Assembly (NCBI RefSeq): GCF_900187275.1
Contig: NZ_LT906458.1
Location: 480,001-512,000, forward strand
Source of the DNA: Pasteurella multocida
GTDB taxonomy: Bacteria; Pseudomonadota; Gammaproteobacteria; Enterobacterales; Pasteurellaceae
Length of the DNA stretch: 32,000 nucleotides
Direction of reading: 5' to 3'
This document shows positions 1 to 9,004 of the stretch, in pieces. Positions within the stretch are counted from its first letter, which is position 1. Each line of letters starts with the position of its first letter. Under the pieces are notes generated by a model, which saw only the letters and a list, made by a program, of their open reading frames with translations, had not been told where the DNA came from and ran no database searches. A program made the position numbers and the translations under genes.

Positions 1-148
1 CTAGATTGGCAATATATAACGGAATTTCACGCCCAATAATCTGTCCGTTATAGCGCCATTGATCAATGAGTTGATTGAGCAAATAAACGGGATCTTGTGT
101 GACATCATCTGTTGGGGTATAGCGAAAAAATGCTTCGATAAGGTACAT
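1..148 (-). CDS. Partial CDS (N-terminus only), hypothetical; possibly a DUF2310/Zn-ribbon-type protein
   Basis: The reverse strand from ATG at 148 reads MYLIEAFFRYTPTDDVTQDPVYLLNQLIDQWRYNGQIIGREIPLYIANL and stays open to the window edge. Family assignment is from memory of similar Pasteurellaceae neighbourhoods. Confidence 0.6.
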   Translation of the reverse strand, partial: MYLIEAFFRYTPTDDVTQDPVYLLNQLIDQWRYNGQIIGREIPLYIANL

Positions 149-278
149 AGTGGCATAGGATAATCATAAAAAGTGATTCATTTTAATCAATTTTTGTAAA
201 ATTGCCGCCTATTTTTTTACGTGATTGGCTTAAAAGAGGAAAATCCCCTAAAATAGCGGCTCATTTTTAAAGGAAGGA

Positions 279-596
279 ATGCACATGCATCAACAAACAA
301 AAATGCATTTACAACAGCTACAGTTGAATATGCAGTCATTAGGTTTATGGCAAATGACACCACCACCAGAAAGCGCTTTTTTAAGTGAACAACCTTTTGC
401 GCTAGACACCATGAGCCCAACAGAATGGTTACAATGGATCTTTATTCCTCGTATGTATGCGTTAATCGAAAGTGAGGCAGGGTTGCCAAATAAAATCTCA
501 ATTACGCCTTATCTTGAGGAGGCGCTGAAAGAAATGGATGGATTGGCTGATTTATTAAGTCCGATCAGCGAAATTGAAAAATTGCTGCAGAAATAA
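279..596 (+). CDS. yqcC: YqcC-like (DUF446) family protein
   Basis: 105-aa ORF (LQLNMQSLGLWQ..PPPESAFLSEQPFALDTMSPTEWLQWIFIPRM..) directly upstream of truC, the usual yqcC-truC arrangement. Confidence 0.8.
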   Translation: MHMHQQTKMHLQQLQLNMQSLGLWQMTPPPESAFLSEQPFALDTMSPTEWLQWIFIPRMYALIESEAGLPNKISITPYLEEALKEMDGLADLLSPISEIEKLLQK

Positions 597-599
597 GTC

Positions 600-1331
600 A
601 TGACATTAGAGATTTTATATCAAGATCCATATTTGATTGCTGTAAATAAACCAGCAGGTATGCTAGTCCATCGTAGTTGGTTAGATCGGCATGAAACACA
701 ATTTGTCATGCAAACATTACGCGATCAAATAGGGCAGCATGTTTATCCTATTCACCGTTTAGATCGACCGACTTCAGGTGTTTTACTTTTCGCATTAAGT
801 AGCGAAGTGGCAAATTTATTGTGTCTTCAGTTTGAAAATAAGCAAGTGCAAAAAAGTTATTTAGCGATTGTTCGAGGATATTTAGTCGGTGAGGGACGGA
901 TTGATTATCCACTGAAAGTACAATTAGACAAAATTGCGGATAAGTTTGCCCAAGATGACAAGGCGCCACAAGAAGCGGTGACAGATTATCTCGGGTTAGC
1001 TAAAGTTGAAATGCCGTATTGTGTGAAAAAGTACCCAACAACGCGTTATTCGCTTGTGCGTTTAATTCCGCATACGGGGCGAAAACATCAGCTGCGTCGT
1101 CACATGAAACACCTTTTTCATCCTATTTTGGGAGATACACAATATGGTGATTTACACCAAAATCGTGCATTAACCACTCATACGGGCGTGCAACGTTTAA
1201 TGTTACATGCGGAACGATTGATTTTTACACACCCGATAACACAGCAGCAGATCACGATCTGTGCGGGTGTCGATCAACAATGGCTCGATTTGATTAATAT
1301 TTTTGATTGGGATTTAAATTCCATACATTAA
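600..1331 (+). CDS. truC: tRNA pseudouridine(65) synthase TruC (RluA family)
   Basis: RluA-family motif HRLDRPTSGVLLFAL, PHTGRKHQLRRHMKH and start DPYLIAVNKPAGMLVHRS. Confidence 0.93.
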   Translation: MTLEILYQDPYLIAVNKPAGMLVHRSWLDRHETQFVMQTLRDQIGQHVYPIHRLDRPTSGVLLFALSSEVANLLCLQFENKQVQKSYLAIVRGYLVGEGRIDYPLKVQLDKIADKFAQDDKAPQEAVTDYLGLAKVEMPYCVKKYPTTRYSLVRLIPHTGRKHQLRRHMKHLFHPILGDTQYGDLHQNRALTTHTGVQRLMLHAERLIFTHPITQQQITICAGVDQQWLDLINIFDWDLNSIH

Positions 1332-1370
1332 GTATGGGTAACTGAATTTGTTTTTTCTAGGTGAAATGAA

Positions 1371-1535
1371 ATGTTAGATAATGCACTATTAGGTTTAACG
1401 CATGAGCAACAACAAGAGGCAGTTGAGAAAATACAACAGCTCATGGCTGAGGGGATGAGTTCAGGAGAAGCCATTGCATTTGTGGCACAAGAATTACGAC
1501 AAAAACAACAAAAATTAAATAATACACATTCTTAA
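1371..1535 (+). CDS. UPF0181 family protein (YoaH-like), 54 aa; absent from the ORF track
   Basis: Manual translation [54 protein letters not shown], with AGGTG-like RBS upstream. Matches the YoaH/UPF0181 pattern. Confidence 0.82.
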   Translation: MLDNALLGLTHEQQQEAVEKIQQLMAEGMSSGEAIAFVAQELRQKQQKLNNTHS

Positions 1536-1740
1536 CTCGTTATGATTAAGTGAGGCGAATTGAGAAAACGTTTCCAAAATGCAAAAATTTTGTGATCTCG
1601 GTTTGATTTTAAACTATTTTTAATTGCCAAAAAGAGAAAATTCCTAGAAGATTACTCTGAATAAAATTTGGGTGGTAAGACAATCTTGTCTTATTAAAAT
1701 AAAAATAGTTAAAGTCGTTAGACGATTAGAGGTTTTAATT

Positions 1741-1950
1741 ATGGAAGTTGGTGTAGTTAAATGGTTCAATAACGCGAAAGGATTTGGATTCATTTCTGCA
1801 GAAGGAACAGACGCAGATATTTTTGCGCATTACTCAGTCATCGAAATGGAAGGCTACCGTTCATTAAAAGCGGGTCAAAAAGTACAATTTGAAGTCGTAC
1901 ATGGCGATAAAGGATCACATGCGACGAAAATTATTCCAATCGTTGAATAA
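1741..1950 (+). CDS. cspD: Cold-shock domain protein CspD
   Basis: MEVGVVKWFNNAKGFGFISAEGTDADIFAHYSVIEMEGYRSLKAGQKVQFEV. RNP motifs KGFGFI and DIFAHY present. The internal ATG at 1741 is preferred over the 1672 start given in the track. Confidence 0.93.
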   Translation: MEVGVVKWFNNAKGFGFISAEGTDADIFAHYSVIEMEGYRSLKAGQKVQFEVVHGDKGSHATKIIPIVE

Positions 1951-1980
1951 GGTTTTCTCTTAACATTTAGTCATCGTAAC

Positions 1981-2013
1981 AAAAAAGACAAGGATGTAAC
2001 CTTGTCTTTTTTT
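1981..2013. terminator. Bidirectional rho-independent terminator between cspD and matP
   Basis: Inverted repeat aaaaaagacaagg-atgta-accttgtcttttttt flanked by A and T tracts, between convergent genes. Confidence 0.85.
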
Positions 2014-2019
2014 CTCGGT

Positions 2020-2466
2020 TCATTTTAATAAGTCTTTGAGCCCTGCTTTCATGGCAGAAATTTGGTGTTCATATTGGGCTTTGCTTTCTCGTTCATCGAT
2101 CATGTAAGTAATGGTTTCAGAAAGCGTCATTTTCATTTTACGTGAATAACGTGAAAGTCTAAGCCAGACAGCATATTCTAAGTCAATGGATTTTTTCTTG
2201 GTGGATTGTTTTTCACCATTAAAGAAACGTTTACGACGTGCACGAATCGCTTGATCAAGTTTGATCATCAAGTGAGGCGATAGGTGGGCTTTGATCCAGT
2301 TCTCAATTGCTTGGGGCTGATTTTGCTGAGAGAGGAGTTGTTTTACCTTGTCTTCACTTAAACTGCGTTCTTCATAGCGCGTAATGTTTTCACCTTCACG
2401 GTGCTTTTTGATTAAATACAACCATTTCCAATGCGCTTCTTGATTCTCAAGTTTTTGATATTTCAT
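2020..2466 (-). CDS. matP: Macrodomain Ter protein MatP
   Basis: MKYQKLENQEAHWKWLYLIKKHREGENITRYEE.. and ribbon-helix-helix C-terminus (IDLEYAVWLRLSRYSRKMKMTLSETITYMIDE). Confidence 0.95.
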   Translation of the reverse strand: MKYQKLENQEAHWKWLYLIKKHREGENITRYEERSLSEDKVKQLLSQQNQPQAIENWIKAHLSPHLMIKLDQAIRARRKRFFNGEKQSTKKKSIDLEYAVWLRLSRYSRKMKMTLSETITYMIDERESKAQYEHQISAMKAGLKDLLK

Positions 2467-2630
2467 GGTATGCTCTCACTTTGGCTTATTCGTGACGTGG
2501 TAACTCCGTCAATATACTCTGTTTTAGGCATTTTTTCTAGCAGATTTTTACTATTCAGGGAAATGTGAGATAATGCCGAGCGAATAAATTAAACGGTTTA
2601 AAACCACTTAAAATAACGAAGAGAATACGT

Positions 2631-4421
2631 GTGAATCCATCTTTTTTAGCTGAAAAAGCCCTTTCCTGGCAAGAACTACGCCCAGAACTTCAATTAACTG
2701 AATTACCCCATTCATCATTAGATTTCTTTGCTTTGCAGCAGCGAGCAAGTGCGGCTGTGAATCAATTTTTACACAATCCTCATCGCCACCTATGCGTGTT
2801 AAAAGCTGATGAGCAAGGGGAATATGCGCATTTACTGGAACAGTTTGTCGCCAGACAGCAACAACATGATGATAAAGTACATGGTGTGCAATACTTTGTT
2901 GAGCAAGGTGACTCTTTTTCATTTCCACGCATTTTTATGGAAGTTGCACAAAATCAGAATGATAATTTTGCCGCCAAAAGAAAGGTTGCGAGTGCGTTAT
3001 ACGTTGATCAATTTCAATTACTGGGATCAATACGTATTCATCCGAGTTCGCAAGAAATTCAGTTAAATCCCGGCTTAGTGCATCAACTCAATGGGGGAGT
3101 GTTAATTTTAGGTGTTGGTTCCCTTATCAACCAATTTGATTTGTGGATTCGTTTAAAACAACTGCTTTTAACACAGCGTTTTGATTGGTATTCCGCACAT
3201 CCATTTAAAGCTTTACCTTGTGATATTCCAAGTTATCCTTTGTCATTAAAAGTGATTTTACTCGGTAACCGAGAAGAATTAGCGACATTGGCAGAATTGG
3301 ATGCAGATTTGTATGATCTGGCAGATTATTCTGAAATTGAAAGCTATTATGCTATTGAAAGTGCTGAACAACGCATGAAATGGGCAGAATATGTGCAATC
3401 AATGGCGAGCTATCACCAATTACCCCAATTAACCTTAGACGGTCTGAACAAGCTTTATCAACTCTTAGTGCGTGAAAGCGAAGATCGCGCATTTGTTTCT
3501 ATCTCTCCATTGAAATTAAAAGCCATTTTATCAGGTAGCGCGATTTTAAAACAAAAAGACACCAATGCGTTGTTAAGTGCGGTGGATTTTGAGCAATTTT
3601 TTCAACAGAAAGAAATGCAACAAAGCTTTTTAAAAGAACATACCTATTCGGATATTTTGCATGAACAAGTGTATGTTGCCACCGAAGGGGATATCGTAGG
3701 GCAAATTAATGGGCTTTCCGTAATTGAATATCCCGGTACACCAATGGCATTTGGTGAGCCTTCTCGTATTAGTTGTATTGTCCAATTTGGGGATGGTGAG
3801 GTGGTGGATGTTGAACGTAAAAGTGAATTGGCGGGCAATATTCACGGCAAAAGTATTATGATTGCACAAGCCTGTTTAGCACATACTTTGGGTTTCCCTT
3901 CTCAATTGCCTTTTTCTGCTTCTTTGGTCTTTGAGCAATCCTATGGCGAAATTGATGGCGATAGCGCATCTTTAGCAAGTTTTTGTGTTTTAGCCAGTGC
4001 ATTAGCGGATTATCCATTACCCCAATCTATCGCTATTACAGGAGCGATCGATCAATTCGGGCTAGTCCATTCAGTAGGGGGCGTGAATGCCAAAATTGAA
4101 GGATTCTTCTCTATCTGCGCACGTCGTGGTTTAACTGGACAGCAAGGCGTGATGGTACCGAGCACGGTAATTCATCAACTGAGTTTAAGTGAAGACGTCG
4201 TCAATGCCGTGAGGGCTGGACAGTTCTTTATTTATCCTGTTGAAGATGTGTATCAAGCTTGTCATATTTTATTTCAACGGGATTTGGTTGAGGAAACGGG
4301 AAAAGTTTACAGCGAAGTGGACTTGCCGCTTTCTCGCTTGATCGCAATACGAATAGAACAACGAGCAGAGCAGCAATTGTATAAAACGAGTGTTTGGGAT
4401 TGGTTGCTGCGTAAACGATAA
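2631..4421 (+). CDS. Lon protease family protein (YcbZ/LonB-like)
   Basis: C-terminal Lon proteolytic domain with GEIDGDSASLASFCVLASALADYPLPQSIAITGAIDQFGLVHSVGGVNAKIEGFF (Ser-Lys dyad context). Located upstream of fabA as in enterics and Pasteurellaceae. Confidence 0.9.
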   Translation: MNPSFLAEKALSWQELRPELQLTELPHSSLDFFALQQRASAAVNQFLHNPHRHLCVLKADEQGEYAHLLEQFVARQQQHDDKVHGVQYFVEQGDSFSFPRIFMEVAQNQNDNFAAKRKVASALYVDQFQLLGSIRIHPSSQEIQLNPGLVHQLNGGVLILGVGSLINQFDLWIRLKQLLLTQRFDWYSAHPFKALPCDIPSYPLSLKVILLGNREELATLAELDADLYDLADYSEIESYYAIESAEQRMKWAEYVQSMASYHQLPQLTLDGLNKLYQLLVRESEDRAFVSISPLKLKAILSGSAILKQKDTNALLSAVDFEQFFQQKEMQQSFLKEHTYSDILHEQVYVATEGDIVGQINGLSVIEYPGTPMAFGEPSRISCIVQFGDGEVVDVERKSELAGNIHGKSIMIAQACLAHTLGFPSQLPFSASLVFEQSYGEIDGDSASLASFCVLASALADYPLPQSIAITGAIDQFGLVHSVGGVNAKIEGFFSICARRGLTGQQGVMVPSTVIHQLSLSEDVVNAVRAGQFFIYPVEDVYQACHILFQRDLVEETGKVYSEVDLPLSRLIAIRIEQRAEQQLYKTSVWDWLLRKR

Positions 4422-4538
4422 CTGCTCCGATAAGTTAAGCTTACAAGTGTTAGCTATTTTTATTTTTACTCGACTCTGTTAGAATGCCGACAAGCAGAAT
4501 TTGCTTGTATATCCTAAAACTGAGGAGAGTTTAAAATA

Positions 4539-5069
4539 ATGAACAGTTGTACACCAAATAAAAAGAGTAGCTACAGCTACGAAGATTTACTCGCATCGGG
4601 TCGTGGCGAATTATTTGGCGAAGACGGGCCGCAACTGCCAGCACCAACCATGCTGATGATGGATCGCATTGTCGAAATGAACGAAACTGGTGGGCAATTT
4701 AATAAAGGTTATATCGAAGCAGAACTCGATATTAAGCCGGATTTACCGTTTTTTGGCTGTCACTTTATAGGCGATCCTGTGATGCCAGGGTGTTTAGGTT
4801 TGGATGCTATGTGGCAACTGGTTGGCTTTTATCTCGGTTGGATTGGCGGCAAAGGCAAAGGTCGAGCGCTAGGGGTAGGAGAAGTGAAGTTCACAGGACA
4901 AATTTTGCCAAGTGCGAAAAAAGTGGTATATCGTATTCACATGAAACGTGTTATTAATCGTAAACTTGTGATGGGCATGGCGGATGGTGAAGTGGAAGTA
5001 GATGGTCGCGTGATTTATACCGCAACAGACCTCAAAGTCGGGCTATTTCAAGATACGAGCGCGTTCTAG
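4539..5069 (+). CDS. fabA: 3-hydroxydecanoyl-ACP dehydratase FabA
   Basis: [31 protein letters not shown] active-site region. Full length 176 aa. Confidence 0.97.
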   Translation: MNSCTPNKKSSYSYEDLLASGRGELFGEDGPQLPAPTMLMMDRIVEMNETGGQFNKGYIEAELDIKPDLPFFGCHFIGDPVMPGCLGLDAMWQLVGFYLGWIGGKGKGRALGVGEVKFTGQILPSAKKVVYRIHMKRVINRKLVMGMADGEVEVDGRVIYTATDLKVGLFQDTSAF

Positions 5070-5101
5070 TGATTTTATCGACTTAAATAGAAATAACAAA
5101 A

Positions 5102-5133
5102 TTACCAGCTTATTAGGCTGGTAATCTTTTTTC
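5102..5133. terminator. Terminator hairpin between convergent fabA and ybaK
   Basis: ttaccagc-ttatta-ggctggtaa followed by tcttttttc. Confidence 0.75.
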
Positions 5134-5137
5134 AGGC

Positions 5138-5614
5138 TTATTCGTCCACAATATCCACAAATTCAGCATTGAGCAGTTTGGCTAAGTCTTGCGGTGCTAA
5201 TTCCACACTCAAGCCTCGTTTTCCACCAGAAACAAAAATATGTTCAAAGGCTAGCGCAGACTGAGCAATCACGGTTTTTAAGACACGCTTTTGTCCTAAT
5301 GGGCTGATTCCACCGACTAAATAACCGGTACTTTTCTGGGCAAATTCTTTATCTGCCATTTCCACTTTTTTCACAGCGATCGCTTTTGCGGCTTTCTTTA
5401 AATTCAGCATATTCGCAGTCGGTAACACAAAACAGGCTAATTTTTTCTGATCACCATTTTCTGCTACTAACAGTGTTTTAAACGACTGGTTGGGATCAAT
5501 CCCTAATTTCTCCACAGCCTCATCACCAAAATGGGTGTTATTTGGATCATGATCATAATGATGTAGCACAAAGGCAATCTTATGTTTTTTCAGTAAATCA
5601 ATTGCTGGTGTCAT
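5138..5614 (-). CDS. ybaK: Cys-tRNA(Pro)/Cys-tRNA(Cys) deacylase YbaK
   Basis: [59 protein letters not shown] pattern of YbaK/ProX family. Confidence 0.93.
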   Translation of the reverse strand: MTPAIDLLKKHKIAFVLHHYDHDPNNTHFGDEAVEKLGIDPNQSFKTLLVAENGDQKKLACFVLPTANMLNLKKAAKAIAVKKVEMADKEFAQKSTGYLVGGISPLGQKRVLKTVIAQSALAFEHIFVSGGKRGLSVELAPQDLAKLLNAEFVDIVDE

Positions 5615-5670
5615 TGTCTTTTCTTCTTGTTCCAGTAAAATGAGCCCATTATTTTACTGCGGAGAGAAAA

Positions 5671-6645
5671 ATGAACGCAACCTTAAATGTCGCTATTGCG
5701 GCAGAATTCGAATTAAGCGAGAAAATTGCTGAAACACTAGAACAAAGTCAATTAAATATTAGTCAATTATCAATTGTTGAAATTTATCCTTTCAATGAAG
5801 AACAAGGGATACGTTTTCATAATAAAAGTGTGGTACAACTTAAACCAGAAGAGGTGGAATGGTCATCAATCCATTATCTTTTCTTTGCTGGCGATATTCA
5901 GCAAGTCGCTCATCTCGCGAAAGCCGCAGAAATGGGTTGCGTGGTGATTGATATGAAAGGGATTTGTGCCAGCTTGCAAGACGTCCCTGTGGTGATACCG
6001 GGAGTAAATCAGGAAAAATTGGTAGATTTACGTCAGCGTAATATTGTGTCCTTAGCCGATCCACAAGTGACACAACTTGCATTAGTCATCGCCTCGTTGA
6101 TGTCAAATCACGAAATCAAAGACATTGCCGTAACCTCGTTATTACCTGCATCTTATACTAACGGAGAAACGGTAGGTAAATTAGCGGGACAAACAGCGCG
6201 ATTGTTAAATGGCATTCCACTTGATGAAGGCGAACAACGTTTAGCTTTTGATGTTTTCCCTACGCCTGCATCGCATTTAAATATGCAAATTCACAAGATC
6301 TTTCCACAATTAAATAATGTCGTATTTCATTCTATCCAAGTGCCTGTTTTCTACGGGATGGGGCAAATGGTGAGCGTATTATCGGATTATGCATTAGATC
6401 CTCAATCTTGCTTAGCGAGCTGGACTGACAATCCGTTGATGACTTATCATGCAGAAAAATATTGCACCCCAGTGACGAATGGCGAACAGGAAATGGCAGA
6501 AGAGCAAGCAGCAAAATTACATATAAGTGGGTTAAGTGCGGTGGAAAATGGTCTACAATTTTGGTCGGTTGCAGATGAACAGCGCTTTAATCTTGCTTTA
6601 TTGAGTGTTACGCTTGCAGAGTTAATTTACTCGCAAGGTTATTAA
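5671..6645 (+). CDS. usg: USG-1-like aspartate-semialdehyde dehydrogenase family protein
   Basis: NVAIAAEFELSEKIAETLEQSQLNISQLSIVEIYPF and VPVFYGMGQMVSVLSDYALDP. The catalytic Cys region appears non-canonical (ICASLQD, LTSLLPAS). Confidence 0.8.
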   Translation: MNATLNVAIAAEFELSEKIAETLEQSQLNISQLSIVEIYPFNEEQGIRFHNKSVVQLKPEEVEWSSIHYLFFAGDIQQVAHLAKAAEMGCVVIDMKGICASLQDVPVVIPGVNQEKLVDLRQRNIVSLADPQVTQLALVIASLMSNHEIKDIAVTSLLPASYTNGETVGKLAGQTARLLNGIPLDEGEQRLAFDVFPTPASHLNMQIHKIFPQLNNVVFHSIQVPVFYGMGQMVSVLSDYALDPQSCLASWTDNPLMTYHAEKYCTPVTNGEQEMAEEQAAKLHISGLSAVENGLQFWSVADEQRFNLALLSVTLAELIYSQGY

Positions 6646-6690
6646 TTTAAATGTGTTTTTGCACGATATTTTTATCTTGAACTTTGAGAG

Positions 6691-6719
6691 CGCACTCGTT
6701 TTTGACGAGTGCGTTTTTG
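6691..6719 (+). terminator. Terminator-like hairpin after usg-like gene; also the 5' half of the island repeat element
   Basis: cgcactcgt-ttttg-acgagtgcg-tttttg. Confidence 0.7.
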
Positions 6720-6749
6720 TTAAAACATTCGTTTGAAAGACAGTGAATG

Positions 6750-6953
6750 AATAGCGGAGTTATTGATAAGAATCAATTTATACAAAAGCAACTGAATGTT
6801 ATTAATCGAGGCAATAAACCTATTGATAGTTTTAGTTGGCGCCATAATACATAAACTGTACTTAATAATATGCAATCAATACCTAGAAATATTCATGACG
6901 TAATCCAACATATCGGGGAGGGGATTTTAAGTGATGGTAGAAAAAACATTTAG
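6750..6953 (+). pseudogene. Decayed C-terminal fragment of an LHH/HNH-type nuclease toxin (copy 1)
   Basis: Manual translation NSGVIDKNQFIQKQLNVINRGNKPIDSFSWRHNT*TVLNNMQSIPRNIHDVIQHIGEGILSDGRKNI*. Pattern W(R/H)H(N)..MQ.IP..IH..(I/V)QHIGEG is interrupted by an in-frame TAA. Confidence 0.65.
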
Positions 6954-7452
6954 AAATCTAAAAATATATGATGATTATGGTTCTGTCTCTCAGGAAATTA
7001 TTTTTAATTTTGAAAAAGAGTTTGATATAAAACTCCCTTTATCCTATATCTCACTTGTGAAAAAGTATAATGGCGTTTGGTTTAAGGAAAGTGATTTTGA
7101 ATATTTATCTCAAAATGGGAAAAGAATAATAAGCTCATTGAGTTTTGATAGTTTTGAGACAAAAGATAATATCGAACCAATGAATAATATATTAAGACAA
7201 TATATTTATGATGATGAAATTTATGGATATAAGAATGTTTATTCCTTTGGTTACACTGGAAATGGTGACTTTGTCTGTTTTGATTATCGTGATGACCCAA
7301 AAGGTGATGAGCCCAAAATCTGTATCGTGATTCATGATGAATATGATGAAAAAACAGGCAAGCGTTTGTTATTGCCTGTGGCAGAAAATTTTGAGGCATT
7401 TTTAGATATGCTTTACGATTTTGATGAACGCTATCCGAATGGTTATGAATAG
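6934..7452 (+). CDS. SMI1/KNR4 (SUKH) family immunity protein, copy 1
   Basis: FNFEKEFDIKLPLSYISLVKKYNGVWF..FSFGYTGNGDFVCFDYRDDPKGDEPKICIVIHDEYDEKTGK. ATG at 6934 (GTG at 6931 is an alternative). Confidence 0.85.
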   Translation: MVEKTFRNLKIYDDYGSVSQEIIFNFEKEFDIKLPLSYISLVKKYNGVWFKESDFEYLSQNGKRIISSLSFDSFETKDNIEPMNNILRQYIYDDEIYGYKNVYSFGYTGNGDFVCFDYRDDPKGDEPKICIVIHDEYDEKTGKRLLLPVAENFEAFLDMLYDFDERYPNGYE

Positions 7453-7507
7453 GTATTTGTTTAAATAATGTGTTGTATTTTTTAAGCATTATTTACAACT
7501 AACATTT

Positions 7508-7566
7508 TAAGTGCGGTCAATTTTGAAAAAGTTTTGGGCTTTGAGAATTGGGCGCATTTTTTTTGA
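7508..7566 (+). terminator. USS-containing terminator-like repeat, copy 1 (right arm decayed)
   Basis: aagtgcggtcaattttgaaaaagttttgggctttgagaattgggcgcatttttttt. Same layout as 11238-11288 and 13350-13403. Confidence 0.5.
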
Positions 7567-7569
7567 AAT

Positions 7570-7787
7570 ATTCTTCAATGATGAGCACTAATTATGGATT
7601 AGATAATGGGAATTATCGAGATATGGATGGTAATAAAGGATGGAGGCTAGATTTTGATCCTGAGAAAGTTGTTCATGTAAATATTTTTGACTTTACTAAA
7701 GGTAAAGGACTAGGTAAAGCAGTTAAAAAGTCATTCTTTTTGATAGTACTGAACAAGAGTTTGAAAAATTTTAAAGCAATTAAATAA
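7570..7787 (+). pseudogene. Toxin C-terminal tail fragment, frameshifted (unknown/Rhs-like family)
   Basis: Reads ..NYGLDNGNYRDMDGNKGWRLDFDPEKVVHVNIFDFTKGKGLGKAVKK, then a second frame continues ILFDSTEQEFEKF. The G(W/Y)R(L/I)DFDP.K..H(V/I)N pattern ends many Rhs/CDI effector tails. Directly precedes the ORF at 7798. Confidence 0.5.
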
Positions 7788-7797
7788 GGAAGATAAA

Positions 7798-8151
7798 ATG
7801 ACATTATTTGATGAATGTAAATTAGCTCTTAGAGACGATTTTAATCTAATTTGTGATGAAGAGAAGGATTGTGTAATGGATAAGTTTTATTTCTATTTCT
7901 TGGAAAAGAAAGAGGAATTTAATTTTCAAGATTATTCATTTGAAGAAATGTATATATTTTCAAAAATGGAACCTGTGTATGTTTTATGTGATAGCTCTAA
8001 TATACCTTTGTTTAGGAGTAATTGGGAATTGATTATCAATAATATATATGATGTTGTCTGTTTATCTACAAAAGTATTTTTTCTAGATGATGAAAAGTTA
8101 ATGATGGAATTATTTCCTGAAGATAAAGTAAGAGTCATCTATAAAAGATAA
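7798..8151 (+). CDS. Hypothetical protein, putative cognate immunity protein
   Basis: 117-aa acidic ORF with RBS (aggaagata) starting 10 nt after the toxin-tail fragment. Function is inferred from position only. Confidence 0.55.
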   Translation: MTLFDECKLALRDDFNLICDEEKDCVMDKFYFYFLEKKEEFNFQDYSFEEMYIFSKMEPVYVLCDSSNIPLFRSNWELIINNIYDVVCLSTKVFFLDDEKLMMELFPEDKVRVIYKR

Positions 8152-8412
8152 TTACCCCTTGATCGCGCTCGTGTCAGCACGAGTTCGCTTTCATTAAAGC
8201 TCTCGTTAAAGACTAGCACTAGCAGTGAGGTTGATCGTAATCAATTTACTGAAGAACAGTTAATTAAAATTAATAAGAGGCTTGATAAAATAGAGGGATT
8301 TACATGGCATCATAACTCACAAAGTAGTCCCCAAAATATGTAGTTAATACCTACACCAATTCATAAGGCTGTTCAGCATATAGGTGAAGGCGCTTTAAGT
8401 GAAGGAAAGTGA
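8152..8412 (+). pseudogene. Linker plus LHH/HNH-type nuclease toxin C-terminal fragment (copy 2), in-frame TAG
   Basis: Continuous frame LPLDRARVSTSSLSLKLSLKTSTSSEVDRNQFTEEQLIKINKRLDKIEGFTWHHNSQSSPQNM*LIPTPIHKAVQHIGEGALSEGK*. It contains FTWHHN..MQLIPTPIH-like motif with TAG replacing the Q codon. Confidence 0.75.
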
Positions 8413-8416
8413 TAAA

Positions 8417-8926
8417 ATGAAAAATTTTAGGAATATAAATATTTATAGTGATTATGGAAAGGTTGATAAGGAAATTATATTAGAATTCGAAAATGAATTT
8501 AATATAAAGCTTCCTTCTTTATACATAGATTTAATTACGGCGCATAATGCTCCGAAGAGTGAAGAGAATTGCTTTGAATATTACAATGAGCGTAATGAGC
8601 CCACGTTTTCTTCCTTTGGATTTGAAGGGTTTGAGACAGAGCGGTCTAGCGCCTCTCTTGAAAATATATATGCTCAGTATATTTATGATGATCCAATCTA
8701 TGGTTATGAACATGTGTATTCTTTTGGTAGTACTGGCGAGGGACATTTTATCTGTTTTGATTATCGTGATGATCCAAAAGGTGATGAACCCAAAATCTGT
8801 ATCGTGATTCACGATGAATATGATGAAAAAACAGGGAAAATGCGACTGTTTCCTATAGCAGAGAATTTTGAAGCGTTTTTAGATAGTTTGAAATCATTTG
8901 ATGAAATGATAGAGAAGTATTCGTAA
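8417..8926 (+). CDS. SMI1/KNR4 (SUKH) family immunity protein, copy 2
   Basis: ILEFENEFNIKLPSLYIDLITAHNAPK..YGYEHVYSFGSTGEGHFICFDYRDDPKGDEPKICIVIHDEYDEKTGK. ATG at 8417. Confidence 0.85.
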   Translation: MKNFRNINIYSDYGKVDKEIILEFENEFNIKLPSLYIDLITAHNAPKSEENCFEYYNERNEPTFSSFGFEGFETERSSASLENIYAQYIYDDPIYGYEHVYSFGSTGEGHFICFDYRDDPKGDEPKICIVIHDEYDEKTGKMRLFPIAENFEAFLDSLKSFDEMIEKYS

Positions 8927-9003
8927 TGTCTCCGTTCATATCTCATAGCGATGCTCTCTCCCCTGATTTTATGGAAATTTTGTTTAAATTAGGAGGGCAC
9001 TAA
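8926..9003 (+). pseudogene. Short toxin-tail fragment of unknown family (copy 1)
   Basis: 25 codons: MSPFISHSDALSPDFMEILFKLGGH*. Similar to the tail at 9531-9596, and both immediately precede homologous lipoprotein genes. Confidence 0.5.
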
Positions 9004-9004
9004 A

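Noticed and set aside
217-420. Minus-strand 67-aa ORF overlapping the start of the yqcC-like gene
   Set aside because: Overlaps the real gene start and intergenic region; no recognisable domain or RBS.
748-969. Minus-strand ORF inside truC
   Set aside because: Fully antisense to a well-supported gene with no recognisable product; shadow ORF.
2608-4000. ORFs 2608-2928(-), 2809-3066(+), 3630-3869(-), 3644-3838(-)
   Set aside because: All overlap the Lon-like gene in other frames, with low-complexity, unconserved-looking translations.
5840-7489. ORFs 5840-6082(-), 6332-6514(-), 7082-7489(-)
   Set aside because: Shadows of the usg-like and first SMI1/KNR4 genes.
7932-8138. Minus-strand ORF opposite 7798-8151
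   Set aside because: Antisense to an RBS-preceded, intact acidic ORF; no supporting signal.
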